Of a stretch of DNA of 64,000 nt, positions 37,401 through 44,944 are shown piece by piece. The translations under genes and the position numbers were made by a program. Every line of letters starts with the position of its first letter. Positions within the stretch are counted from its first letter, which is position 1. The notes beneath the pieces were generated by a model that was not told where the DNA came from, did not search any database, and saw only the letters and a list, made by a program, of their open reading frames with translations. Origin of the DNA: Micavibrio sp. UBA6145. Lineage in GTDB: Bacteria; Pseudomonadota; Alphaproteobacteria; Micavibrionales; UBA1664. Location: NCBI GenBank assembly GCA_002423205.1, contig DIUZ01000024.1:199891-263890 (forward strand). Reading direction: 5' to 3'.

Positions 37401-37975
37401 GAAGTGGCAGTTTGACGATTCTTATCTTGAGGTTTCACGATAAGGTAAAACTCACCGTGAACGCTCTCCGCAAAAGTTACATCCATGACTTCATTCCACT
37501 TGTCCAGCCACCAGGACGGATGTTCGATGATCAGGTGTGCATTTCTTCCGTCAGGAAGACGGTGAACGGCGGGGACGCATGAAATGACTAAAAACGCAGC
37601 TTTCAGCGTACGGTGGGCAATGTCTGCCATTACGTTGTCAAGAAAACTAGGTTCAATATGTTCCATGACATCTGTGCAGATCAGCAGATCGGCCTGATGC
37701 TTATCGTCAGCTTTCTCAGGAATCGCTGGATCGTATTCGTAAAAGGCTACCTCTTTATAAGGAGAATTCGGTTTTTTTTGTTCTTCTCGGAAAAGTGTGC
37801 CGATCGTGCCCTTGCCGCATCCATAGTCCAGAACTGATTTTGCATCTAGTTCGCCAATAAGTTTTAAAACTGTCTGGTAATGTATCTGGCCGGTATTACC
37901 CCAGGTGTTATCATCCTGGTGTTTTTCCTGGAGCTGAGAGCGGTAATCATCGGACAGTGTCTTGGGCTGGGTCAT
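34463..37975 (-). CDS. Four-module protein: SAM methyltransferase + TPR + GT9-like glycosyltransferase + polysaccharide pyruvyl-transferase-like domain
   Basis: Module 1 (aa ~30-180): VLDYGCGKGTIG and DLLICTDVMEHI. Module 2 (aa ~205-500): TPR-like helical repeats. Module 3 (aa ~500-790): ADQGIGDIIMMMRYVP...DLIISIDNTTVHAAGAMGVPCWTIL, a GT9/heptosyltransferase-like pattern. Module 4 (aa ~800-1170): ...LVISGFHSTCLMSHAAGIPTQPF, a pyruvyl-transferase-like pattern. GC spot counts are 38-45%. Confidence 0.6.
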   Translation of the reverse strand: MTQPKTLSDDYRSQLQEKHQDDNTWGNTGQIHYQTVLKLIGELDAKSVLDYGCGKGTIGTLFREEQKKPNSPYKEVAFYEYDPAIPEKADDKHQADLLICTDVMEHIEPSFLDNVMADIAHRTLKAAFLVISCVPAVHRLPDGRNAHLIIEHPSWWLDKWNEVMDVTFAESVHGEFYLIVKPQDKNRQTATSLPQQTSSAITDPSPNDEITRQAVNLIKQEKFTQARLLLLSIKDFSAAPQALYYLGEISFKNNDLIHAAGHYLEYAQITKDPRAYRKAGIAFSKVENYDAALKCLELEVCQAAFMADGDYREALMLSLVKTLKPGLAIKVYESQATNTPNQTAQYVDALIMNQELQRAETVALNATQEYPQAPEAWSALERAYTALRQFDKALEASAKAAALDPESAVYKCNLGLSYLGNARIDEALACFDEATRLDKLMMAPYLNRSTIHRYKKEYLNLEGDLEKALAVDPLSPDVHYAIGVAALKMEQYPKAFAELEWYWHKAKLTSKRMPESTPRWYGEDISDKTLMFYADQGIGDIIMMMRYVPEIVNRYAPQKLIINVNQKMEALFSVSFPEIFESGKVEFFDPALHTDNTIDLLVAATTLPHIFNTEIDEIPHTDHYLKKDKTLDYKKDSNKEFVVGISWYTKSLDAGYIRSLKLMDFDFLAKYDNIRVIDLQYGDTSAERKDAAEKGFHIFHDDKVDSWTAMQPFMDQIAACDLIISIDNTTVHAAGAMGVPCWTILAQEPFWRWPVSGEATPWYESLRLFRQTQKDYTELFVRVDAEFRKFIAGDKNCIAPRKYQRLFPANSKKKKRAFLINDTGAAFTWGHYASMQGIKSVLEKKNYDVEDLSTIALNWFPVGKPTLQDFDDRRFLAYWRYKNPTLFYAIEQSDQIIINGESMMNGLSDTALYMLYLAYIAKQFFGKKVSIINHSVFPEDKPSLSDPQKLAFYHKVYTKLDACVVRDQISYDILRSINIPCTLGMDTALLWLSDYLESKPKIEKHNTAVITAGPGYTSFYAPVFAKLCLHLREQGLQPTLLKGAQWHLSQEDMMLEKDMSELIGGHFETIDAQSAEQFTATLLGAKLVISGFHSTCLMSHAAGIPTQPFTTGTNVLSFMGIEKMTALSSPIFYEDPSAFRKMDAAIAALRRKENMVKKWTKTAQENLKSY

Positions 37976-38011
37976 GGTGTAACTTTAGGTTAAAGCGCTG
38001 TAAGCGCAAGG

Positions 38012-38058
38012 TTAAAAGAGTGCGCCCCCGCTAGTCCTTTCTGAACCAACGGGGGCGC
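38012..38058 (-). terminator. Terminator after flgE
   Basis: 9-bp GC stem GCGCCCCCG/CGGGGGCGC (38022-30 / 38050-58) with a 19-nt loop, followed on the minus strand by CTCTTTTAA. Confidence 0.5.
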
Positions 38059-38100
38059 GGTAGCCGAAACGAGGACCTGTTTATTAGGCCCGCCGCGCTC

Positions 38101-40068
38101 TTAGCGCAGTCTCAGCAATTCTTCCGTCATCTGGTCGGCGGTCTGAATGATCTTGGTGGCGGCGCTGTAGGAGCGCTGCGTCACGATCATCTTTGTAAAC
38201 TCGTCCGCGATGTCGACGTTAGAGGTTTCAACGGCAGAGCCCTCGACCTGGCCCGCACCACCGTCACCGGCGGCACGAAGGTTGTAAGAGCCGGATTCGG
38301 CCGTCTGGATGTATGCGTTGCCCGATTCTTCACCCAGGCCGTTGACGTTGGTGAACGTCGCGAGCGGGAGCTGGAACAGCGCCGATGTCTGACCGTTCGA
38401 GAAGCGCGCCGTGACGACACCGTCACCGTCGATTTCGATACCGGTACGAAGACCGAGTTCGGCGCCGTTCTGCGTCACCGCAGTCACGTTATACTCACCC
38501 GAGAACTGGGTCAGTGCGCCGATTTCGAAGTTGATGTTCTGCAGGGCCGAACCGTTGCCCCAGTTGATGTTGTTCAACCGTACGGCCTTGCTGCCGGCAA
38601 TGTCTGCCTGACCGTTCAGGGTCCCGTCTTCGTTGAAGTTCATCATCCCGCTGGACAGGATGGTGTTGGTGTCCAGGTCGACCAGGTTCAAATTCCACCA
38701 GCCGAAGGCGTTGGGCGTTTCAGCAAGACCGGCATCCGGGAACTGGGTCGGCTGTGCCGGTGTGGTCGCGGGCGCTGCGGTCATGCCGAGTTTGGTCGCC
38801 AGCGTACCGGAGGTTGCAACCGCGTTGTTGGTGTTGAGTGAAATGATCTTGATTTCGCCGTCTGCACTGAGTTCAGCGCGGGCAAAGCCATCAAGATCGG
38901 TGTTCAACTGGGTCACAAGCTGTTGAACCGTAGTGCCGGCCAGAAGGGTGATAGTAGAGGTGGCCAGGATGGGTGAGCCGACATCAACCGTGATGCTGTC
39001 GCCGGTCACAACCGTGCCGGTACCGTTCAGCACCTGTGCGCGCGTCATCGGAGCGAGCAGGGTCTGGTGGCTGTCGGCACCGTTATAGCTGAAGCCAAGG
39101 GCGTTTGCGCCGCCCGGCAGGCCGTTGGTGACCGGGCCGTTGGTGACGGCGACGGTTTCGTTGTAGTTACGCGCCAGGATCTGGAGCTGACCGGTTGAGC
39201 TCAGCTGCGCCACCGAGTGGAGCTGCAGGTCCGGGTCGTTGTTCACGAAGTCGATCAGGTTACCCATGGTCGATGTCGATGTAACGGTATAGGTCGAATT
39301 ATAGCCGCCAACTGCGATGTTGATGGTATCGCCCACCGCCATGCCGGTGATCGAGGTGAGAAGGGTCGGGCGGGTTGCGCCGCTGCCGCCGATACTGCTG
39401 GTCGCCGTTGCGGTCGGGGTGAACACTTTCGTGAACTGCATTTCGATGTTCTGGCCTTCACCGAGGGAGTCGAACACTTTGAGCGTACGTTTGAAGTCCG
39501 GTGCCGTATTGGCCGGGATCGGGTACGGCGACGGTGATTCAGCGGCGTTCAGGTTGATCGAGAATTCAGCAGCGGTGGTTGCCTTGGTCAGGCCGCCGAG
39601 CAGCGAGACGTTGACGGCCTGGGTCGACGAAATATCGTCGCGGCCTGCGGGCAGCTGACCGTTTTCATCAAGCTTCCAGCCCATCAGGTAGAAACCGGCG
39701 GTGTTGCGCAGGTAACCGTTTGCGTCTTCGCTGAACGAACCGGCGCGGGTAAAGAGTTTTTCCTGCAGACCGGTCGGTGCCTTCTGAACGATCAGGAAGC
39801 CGTTGCCGGAAATGGCGACGTCGGTGGTCGAGTTGGTTTGCTGGAGCGCGCCCTGTGCGTCGATTTTCTGAACCGCACGGGCCAGAACCGAACCGGAGCT
39901 GTATTTTGCGGCACCGGCAGAGGCGGTGACGAGCGATTCAAACGCTGCTTCGCGGCGTTTGTAACCAACGGTGTTCACGTTGGCGATGTTGTTGGAAATC
40001 ATGGAGATCGACTCTGCCTGTGAAGCGAGGGCCGAAACGCCGGTGATGAGTGAGCCGAAAAGTGACAT
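38101..40068 (-). CDS. flgE: Flagellar hook protein FlgE
   Basis: N-terminus SNNIANVNTVGYK and C-terminus MIVTQRSYSAATKIIQTADQMTEELLRLR. AGGAGG Shine-Dalgarno upstream. 655 aa. Confidence 0.95.
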   Translation of the reverse strand: MSLFGSLITGVSALASQAESISMISNNIANVNTVGYKRREAAFESLVTASAGAAKYSSGSVLARAVQKIDAQGALQQTNSTTDVAISGNGFLIVQKAPTGLQEKLFTRAGSFSEDANGYLRNTAGFYLMGWKLDENGQLPAGRDDISSTQAVNVSLLGGLTKATTAAEFSINLNAAESPSPYPIPANTAPDFKRTLKVFDSLGEGQNIEMQFTKVFTPTATATSSIGGSGATRPTLLTSITGMAVGDTINIAVGGYNSTYTVTSTSTMGNLIDFVNNDPDLQLHSVAQLSSTGQLQILARNYNETVAVTNGPVTNGLPGGANALGFSYNGADSHQTLLAPMTRAQVLNGTGTVVTGDSITVDVGSPILATSTITLLAGTTVQQLVTQLNTDLDGFARAELSADGEIKIISLNTNNAVATSGTLATKLGMTAAPATTPAQPTQFPDAGLAETPNAFGWWNLNLVDLDTNTILSSGMMNFNEDGTLNGQADIAGSKAVRLNNINWGNGSALQNINFEIGALTQFSGEYNVTAVTQNGAELGLRTGIEIDGDGVVTARFSNGQTSALFQLPLATFTNVNGLGEESGNAYIQTAESGSYNLRAAGDGGAGQVEGSAVETSNVDIADEFTKMIVTQRSYSAATKIIQTADQMTEELLRLR

Positions 40069-40106
40069 GAGTTACCTCCTAAAGGTTCTAAATCGAAAAA
40101 GTTTTG

Positions 40107-40883
40107 TTAGCCGTTATCCGTTGTATCTGTGGTGTCCGTTGTATCTGTTGTGTCAGTGGTGTCTGTTGTATCTGTTTCGTCGTCTTCGCCGGCGGCGGGC
40201 GGGAGCGCGATGTCGTCGGGGTCTGAAATCGAAAGCACGGCCGTCGAGTCGATACGCGAGTTGCCCTTCAGTGCCAGGTACAGAATGCCCTCGATGGATT
40301 CGATACCCTGGACATGGCCGGGGATGGCGGTATAGGCGCTCAGCTTCTTGTTGGCGGAGTCAAACGCCGCAAGGGTCAGCGTATAGTTGCCTTCCTTGGC
40401 CTGAATACCCTCGTTGTCTTTGCCGTCCCAGATGATGGAGCCGGTTGTCTCACCCGGTTTCATGGTGATGGTGCGGACAACAATTCCGTCCTTGTCGGTG
40501 ATCTGGAGTTTGGATGTCTTGGCGTCGCCGTCGATAGCGAATGCGAATTTGGTTTCAGGGGTTTTGCCGTCGTAATAAGCGGTGTTACCGCGGTAGTAGA
40601 CGTCCTTGCCGATATAACCCAGAGACTGGCTGATCAGGTTGTTGGCGCTTTGCGTCAACATCGCATCCAGTTTCTGGTTGGTGAGAATACTCTGTTCGAC
40701 CTGACTGAAGCTGACCAGCTGGCTGGTGAATTTGTCCGATTCCATGGGGCTGAGCGGATCCTGGTTCTGCAACTGCGTGGTCAGCAGAACGAGAAACTGG
40801 TTATACGTGTCCGACGCCTTCGTGGTGGAGGCTTGGGTCTTGGAATAGAGCGAGTCCAGTGCGCTTGATGAAATCGAAGTCAT
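40107..40883 (-). CDS. flgD: Hook capping/scaffold protein FlgD with C-terminal (DTT)6 tail
   Basis: LTTQLQNQDPLSPMESDKFTSQLVSFSQVEQ motif. C-terminus ...EDDETDTTDTTDTTDTTDTTDTTDNG. Confidence 0.9.
   Translation of the reverse strand: MTSISSSALDSLYSKTQASTTKASDTYNQFLVLLTTQLQNQDPLSPMESDKFTSQLVSFSQVEQSILTNQKLDAMLTQSANNLISQSLGYIGKDVYYRGNTAYYDGKTPETKFAFAIDGDAKTSKLQITDKDGIVVRTITMKPGETTGSIIWDGKDNEGIQAKEGNYTLTLAAFDSANKKLSAYTAIPGHVQGIESIEGILYLALKGNSRIDSTAVLSISDPDDIALPPAAGEDDETDTTDTTDTTDTTDTTDTTDNG
40116..40175 (-). repeat. 9-bp-periodic coding repeat encoding (DTT)6 at the FlgD C-terminus
   Basis: The units differ at wobble positions (gtc/atc for Asp; tgt/cgt/ggt/agt on the plus strand for Thr codons), so the repeat is conserved at the protein level. 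Confidence 0.85.
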
Positions 40884-40903
40884 GTTCGTTCTCTGTCTTT
40901 TTG

Positions 40904-42787
40904 TTAAACCACGATATTGACGTGGGTCAGGCCGGTTACCGGATCTACGAAGACCGACATGACGGTATGAATGGTTGCAAGGTCCGTGCCATCTTCATCG
41001 GACGGCTTATTTCCGCCGTTTTGATAGGAATTACCGTTCTGGGACATGTTGCCGGAAAAGGAATTGTTATCGCCCAGGCTGAATGTCAGGCCGTCGGCTT
41101 TGACGTCGAATCCGGTGTTGTGCAGTGATTTTTCAAGCGCAGCCGCATCCTTTTGCAGAAGGGCGACGGTTTCCGGACGCTCGGCAATCAGCTTGGCTTT
41201 CACGGTGTTGTTCTCACCGAATTCAAGCGTCACTTTAACGCGGCCCAGATTTTCCGGGTCGAGCTGGATGGTGAACTGGCGGTCGCCGCCGGGAATGCCG
41301 CCTTCGGCCGCGCGGGCCAGAGACACAGACACGAGATGTATGGCCGGGTGCGGGACGCTGGCGGTTTTTGCCATCAGCAATGTGCTGGCGGCGGCGGATG
41401 TGCCGGCCGATTCAGCACGCACCGGGAAGGCCGTGTCGAGGCTGAGGCTGGAAGACATGTCGCCGGCATCAGCGTCGGCACTGATCAGGGATGTATCAAG
41501 ACCTTTGAGGGCCGTACCGGCATTGATGGCGGTTTTGCCCGGCTGCAATTGCGCGGCGAATGACTGGACCAGCGGCGTGCCCTGCGCCACAGACGACTGC
41601 GGAAGGACGGGGCCTTGTGCAAATTGCAGGGCGGCGTCGGCGGTCTGTGCCTTGGCGGCGGCAGTCGTGGTCGCGGTTTTTTGTGCCTCGCTGCTGGGTA
41701 CGCCCAGAAGCGCGGCATAAAGACCGGCGCGGTTGAAGGCCATGGTCTGTGCGTCCGTGGTCTGTGCCGTAGATGTGACCGGTGTTTGCGTGACCTTGCC
41801 GGCGGCGCGCGCGATGACAGCGGCGTCGAGGAAAATGGGGGCGGCGGATACGCCCGCCTGATTTTGCGCCTGTGCGTCCAGTGCGGACTGAACATGCGAT
41901 ACGGCTTGTGACGACAGATGGGCAAGGACACCCGCGGGCAGTGCGCCGACGTTTTCCGATACACGAATGAATGTGACGCGCGGTGCGTTCGGGTCGAGCA
42001 GGAAGTCCGGCCCTTGCGCGATATTCATGATGGTGTGCGCGTCAACGCGCACGGCGCGTGTTTCGGTCAGGAACGGTGCCAGATCGGCAAAGGCCAGCTT
42101 CTTGAAGGCGTTGAACTGGTCCAGATCCATGTCGGCGACATTGATGGTGACATTGCCCTTGTCGGTGACCAGCACCAGGCCGTCACCATTTTCGCTGACA
42201 TGCGCGGCGGTGACATTGGCTGTGGTGCCCAGGGTTTTGGACGCAAGTTCATCGAACAGGCCGGCAAAGGCACCGTCTTTAATATCTGTCGTGGCCGTGC
42301 CTTTCAGCGCGGCGGAAAGCTGGCCCAGCAGTTTGGCAATCTCCGGGTCCTGCATGAACAGGCCTTCGATCGATTGTGTCTGCGTTGTCAGGCTGGCCAG
42401 CGTGTCGAGCATGGATTGCGCGGTTTCATCCAGCGTGCCGTCCGGCGTCATGTGCGGGGCGAATACGGCAGCCAGCGGACCGGGCAGGGATGCGAGATCT
42501 TCGGTTTTAAGGCTTTGAAGCCTGGCCAGAAGGTCCGGCGAAACGCTGATCAGTTCGATCAGGCCGGACTGGTCGGCGTTGGCGGGTTTAGCCCCAGACA
42601 AAAAGTCACTGGCAGCCACCTGGCTTGCGCGCGACTTGGCAAGGCCGCCAAGCAGCAGGGATTTAAATGCCTCGGCATCACCGCCGCCGAGCAGGGCGTC
42701 GCCGATCGATGCCGTGCCTTTACCTTTTGCACCGGCAGATGTGGCCGCGCCAAGCAGTTGTGCAATATTGAATGATGCGTTTGCCAT
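40904..42787 (-). CDS. fliK: Hook-length control protein FliK
   Basis: C-terminal Flg_hook pattern FTIQLDPENLGRVKVTLEFGENNTVKAKLIAERPETVALLQKDAAALEKSLHNTGF. Located upstream of flgD-flgE. Confidence 0.8.
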   Translation of the reverse strand: MANASFNIAQLLGAATSAGAKGKGTASIGDALLGGGDAEAFKSLLLGGLAKSRASQVAASDFLSGAKPANADQSGLIELISVSPDLLARLQSLKTEDLASLPGPLAAVFAPHMTPDGTLDETAQSMLDTLASLTTQTQSIEGLFMQDPEIAKLLGQLSAALKGTATTDIKDGAFAGLFDELASKTLGTTANVTAAHVSENGDGLVLVTDKGNVTINVADMDLDQFNAFKKLAFADLAPFLTETRAVRVDAHTIMNIAQGPDFLLDPNAPRVTFIRVSENVGALPAGVLAHLSSQAVSHVQSALDAQAQNQAGVSAAPIFLDAAVIARAAGKVTQTPVTSTAQTTDAQTMAFNRAGLYAALLGVPSSEAQKTATTTAAAKAQTADAALQFAQGPVLPQSSVAQGTPLVQSFAAQLQPGKTAINAGTALKGLDTSLISADADAGDMSSSLSLDTAFPVRAESAGTSAAASTLLMAKTASVPHPAIHLVSVSLARAAEGGIPGGDRQFTIQLDPENLGRVKVTLEFGENNTVKAKLIAERPETVALLQKDAAALEKSLHNTGFDVKADGLTFSLGDNNSFSGNMSQNGNSYQNGGNKPSDEDGTDLATIHTVMSVFVDPVTGLTHVNIVV

Positions 42788-42802
42788 GGGGAAATTCTTT
42801 CC

Positions 42803-43255
42803 TTAGAGGACTTCGTTGACTTGCAGGGACAGCGGCGCTTGCGACTTGTTGCCGCTTTCGCCTTTTTTGTTATAGGTGTGGCGGTTGCCGTGCACGGTGT
42901 CGCGTGCGCAACGCACGATACGGTCGACGATGCGTTGCATCGAATTGCGGCCGGCTTCCAGCGCGAGGCTGTTGCGGGCGGCGGATTCGCGGAACTTGTC
43001 GTTGGATGCCTTGAGGCGTTCGATAATCTTCGGGTCGGCCTTGTTCAGGTTGGGCGTCTGGCGCTGCAATGTGTCCATCATCGAACGGTAACGTGTCAGC
43101 ATCGCGAATTTGTCGTTCTGAATGTCACGGAATGATTTGAAATCCGATGCGTGCACGGCCTGTGACTCGCGGTCCAGGATATCGGTCAGCGTCGACATGA
43201 TGTTTTCGACTTCGCTGGTCAGTGTGATGGTGGCGTTGGTGATGGCCGGGCTCAT
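42803..43255 (-). CDS. Putative flagellar chaperone (FlgN-like), uncharacterised
   Basis: 150-aa helical protein between the rod-binding protein gene and fliK. The call rests on position and helical heptad-like composition only. Confidence 0.35.
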   Translation of the reverse strand: MSPAITNATITLTSEVENIMSTLTDILDRESQAVHASDFKSFRDIQNDKFAMLTRYRSMMDTLQRQTPNLNKADPKIIERLKASNDKFRESAARNSLALEAGRNSMQRIVDRIVRCARDTVHGNRHTYNKKGESGNKSQAPLSLQVNEVL

Positions 43256-43261
43256 ATTGTA

Positions 43262-43609
43262 TTACTCCCCTGAGTTCATTTTGGATTGCATCTCGATCAT
43301 GGCGCCCTTGATAGAGTCAGCCAGGCCAATGCCGCCCGCTGCCGAGATTTTTTTGCCGTATTCCTGGATCATCATGCTTTTCCATGTCTCTTCCGCCTGA
43401 CCGCCGCCGAATTCGGAATCGGTCGGAATGGTTTCGAACATGGGCTGCATCATTTCGCTGATGAACATGGCTTCGAAGTCCTGGGACGCGGCGTCGATCT
43501 CAGCCATTTTCTTGTCGCTGATCGCGCCCTTGGCTTTTTCAAGCGCAACGTCAACATTGGCCATACGCGCGAAGAACGGGTCGGATGCTGTGAAGATATT
43601 GCCGCTCAT
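43262..43609 (-). CDS. flgJ: Rod-binding protein (FlgJ N-terminal domain only, CheL-like)
   Basis: DFEAMFISEMMQPMF...WKSMMIQEYGKKISAAGGIGLADSI pattern. ATG 43609 overlaps the flgI stop by 1 nt. No muramidase domain (115 aa). Confidence 0.75.
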   Translation of the reverse strand: MSGNIFTASDPFFARMANVDVALEKAKGAISDKKMAEIDAASQDFEAMFISEMMQPMFETIPTDSEFGGGQAEETWKSMMIQEYGKKISAAGGIGLADSIKGAMIEMQSKMNSGE

Positions 43610-44727
43610 CACAGCACCTCGATTTCGGCCTGGAGGGCACCGGCGGCTTTGATGGCCTGCAGAATGGTGATCACATCGCGCGGGGTTACGCCCAGTGCGT
43701 TGAGGCTTGAGACCAGTTCCTGCAGCGTTACGCCTTCGGGCAGGTAGGCAATATTGGCCTGGTCGTTGTCGCCGGTGATGTCGAGGCTGGTGCGCGGGAC
43801 GACGACGGTATCGCCGTTTTCGCTGAACGGTGCAGGTTGCGACACCTGCGGTGTTTCGGTGATGCGCACGGTCAAATTGCCTTGAGCGACGGCAACGGTG
43901 GAGATGCGCACATCGGCACCCATGACGATCACGCCGGAGCGTTCGTCGATCACGATCTTGGCGACCTGATCCGGCTGGATGGTCAGTTGTTCGACATCGG
44001 TAACCAGATCCACCACGGCCTTACCGGCGGGCGGGGTCAGTTTGACGGATGAATTGTTCTCAACCACGGCGACTTTGGAGCCGTATTGCTGGTTGATGGT
44101 GGCGGCGATGCGGCGCGCGGTCGTAAAGTCAGGATTGCGCAGGCCAAGGCGTACGGACGGCAGGGACGCCAGGTCAAAGCCGATTTCTTTTTCAACAATC
44201 GCGCCGTTGGGGACGCGGCCCGCGGTCGGGGTGTTCTGGGTCACGCCGCCGGCATCGCCGGATGCGGTGAAGCCGGACACGGTCACGGGGCCCTGGGCAA
44301 CAGCATAGACTTCAGAGTCGCCGCCCATAAGCGGGGTGACCAGAAGCGTGCCGCCCTGCAACGACTTGGCATCGCCCAGGGTGGATACGTTGACGTCGAT
44401 ACGGCTGCCCTGATTGGTGAAGGGGGGCAGGGTGGATGTCACCATGACGGCGGCGACGTTGCCGGTGTTCAGGTTCTGGTCGCGGACGTTGACGCCAAGG
44501 CGTTCAAGCATGGCGGTGAGGGATTGTTTGGTGAATGGGGCGTTGCCCAGCTTGTCGCCAGTACCGTTCAGGCCGACAACAAGGCCGTAACCGATCAGCA
44601 TGTTTTCGCGCACGCCTTCGACGTCCACGATGTCCTTGATACGGGACGGACCCTCAGCCGATGCGGTGCCGGCGAAACCGAGACCGAAGAGAGCGATGGC
44701 CGTCAAAGTAAGGGCTTGTATGCGCAT
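43609..44727 (-). CDS. flgI: Flagellar P-ring protein FlgI
   Basis: Signal peptide, then SRIKDIVDVEGVRENMLIGYGLVVGLNGTGD. 372 aa. Confidence 0.95.
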   Translation of the reverse strand: MRIQALTLTAIALFGLGFAGTASAEGPSRIKDIVDVEGVRENMLIGYGLVVGLNGTGDKLGNAPFTKQSLTAMLERLGVNVRDQNLNTGNVAAVMVTSTLPPFTNQGSRIDVNVSTLGDAKSLQGGTLLVTPLMGGDSEVYAVAQGPVTVSGFTASGDAGGVTQNTPTAGRVPNGAIVEKEIGFDLASLPSVRLGLRNPDFTTARRIAATINQQYGSKVAVVENNSSVKLTPPAGKAVVDLVTDVEQLTIQPDQVAKIVIDERSGVIVMGADVRISTVAVAQGNLTVRITETPQVSQPAPFSENGDTVVVPRTSLDITGDNDQANIAYLPEGVTLQELVSSLNALGVTPRDVITILQAIKAAGALQAEIEVL

Positions 44728-44752
44728 GGTATTCCTTTCCGGGAATTACCTT

Positions 44753-44768
44753 TGCGAGAAGCGTGCCA
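44753..44768 (-). promoter_or_regulatory. Sigma-54 promoter of the flgI operon
   Basis: Minus strand reads TGGCAC-gcttc-TCGCA (GG-N10-GC). The -12 element lies ~26 bp upstream of ATG 44727, with a GGAAAGGA Shine-Dalgarno between. Confidence 0.65.
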
Positions 44769-44808
44769 AGTCCGGCCTGCCCACGAGTCGTGGGTATCCC
44801 GGACTTGG
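44766..44808. repeat. Nested inverted repeat: CCAAGTCCGG-4-CCCACGA-g-TCGTGGG-4-CCGGACTTGG
   Basis: Read directly. The centre is a GAGTC site (44785-89). The left arm overlaps the -24 element of the flgI promoter. Confidence 0.75.
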
Positions 44809-44816
44809 TTTGTTGA

Positions 44817-44834
44817 TGCCTGCTATCGCAGGCA
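44817..44834. repeat. Inverted repeat TGCCTGC-tatc-GCAGGCA
   Basis: 7-bp arms read directly. Lies ~50-65 bp upstream of the flgI sigma-54 -24 element. Confidence 0.7.
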
Positions 44835-44836
44835 CC

Positions 44837-44880
44837 CCCCGCATAATATGGCCGCCCCACCAACCCCATATTATGCGGGG
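44837..44880. repeat. Perfect 15-bp-arm inverted repeat CCCCGCATAATATGG-N14-CCATATTATGCGGGG
   Basis: Read directly. Followed by a duplicated GGGGACCCC / GGTGGGG motif (44877-44911) and the fliX ATG at 44945. Confidence 0.8.
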
Positions 44881-44944
44881 ACCCCTATATAAGGTGGGGA
44901 CCCCGGTGGGGTTGTTCTTGAAGTCTTAAGGCTTTGGCCAGACA

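Noticed and set aside
40116-40175. Short tandem repeat as a CRISPR-like or slippage-prone array
   Set aside because: It is a 9-bp in-frame coding repeat inside flgD with wobble-position divergence. There are no spacers. No CRISPR array, cas gene, transposase or integrase was seen anywhere in the window.
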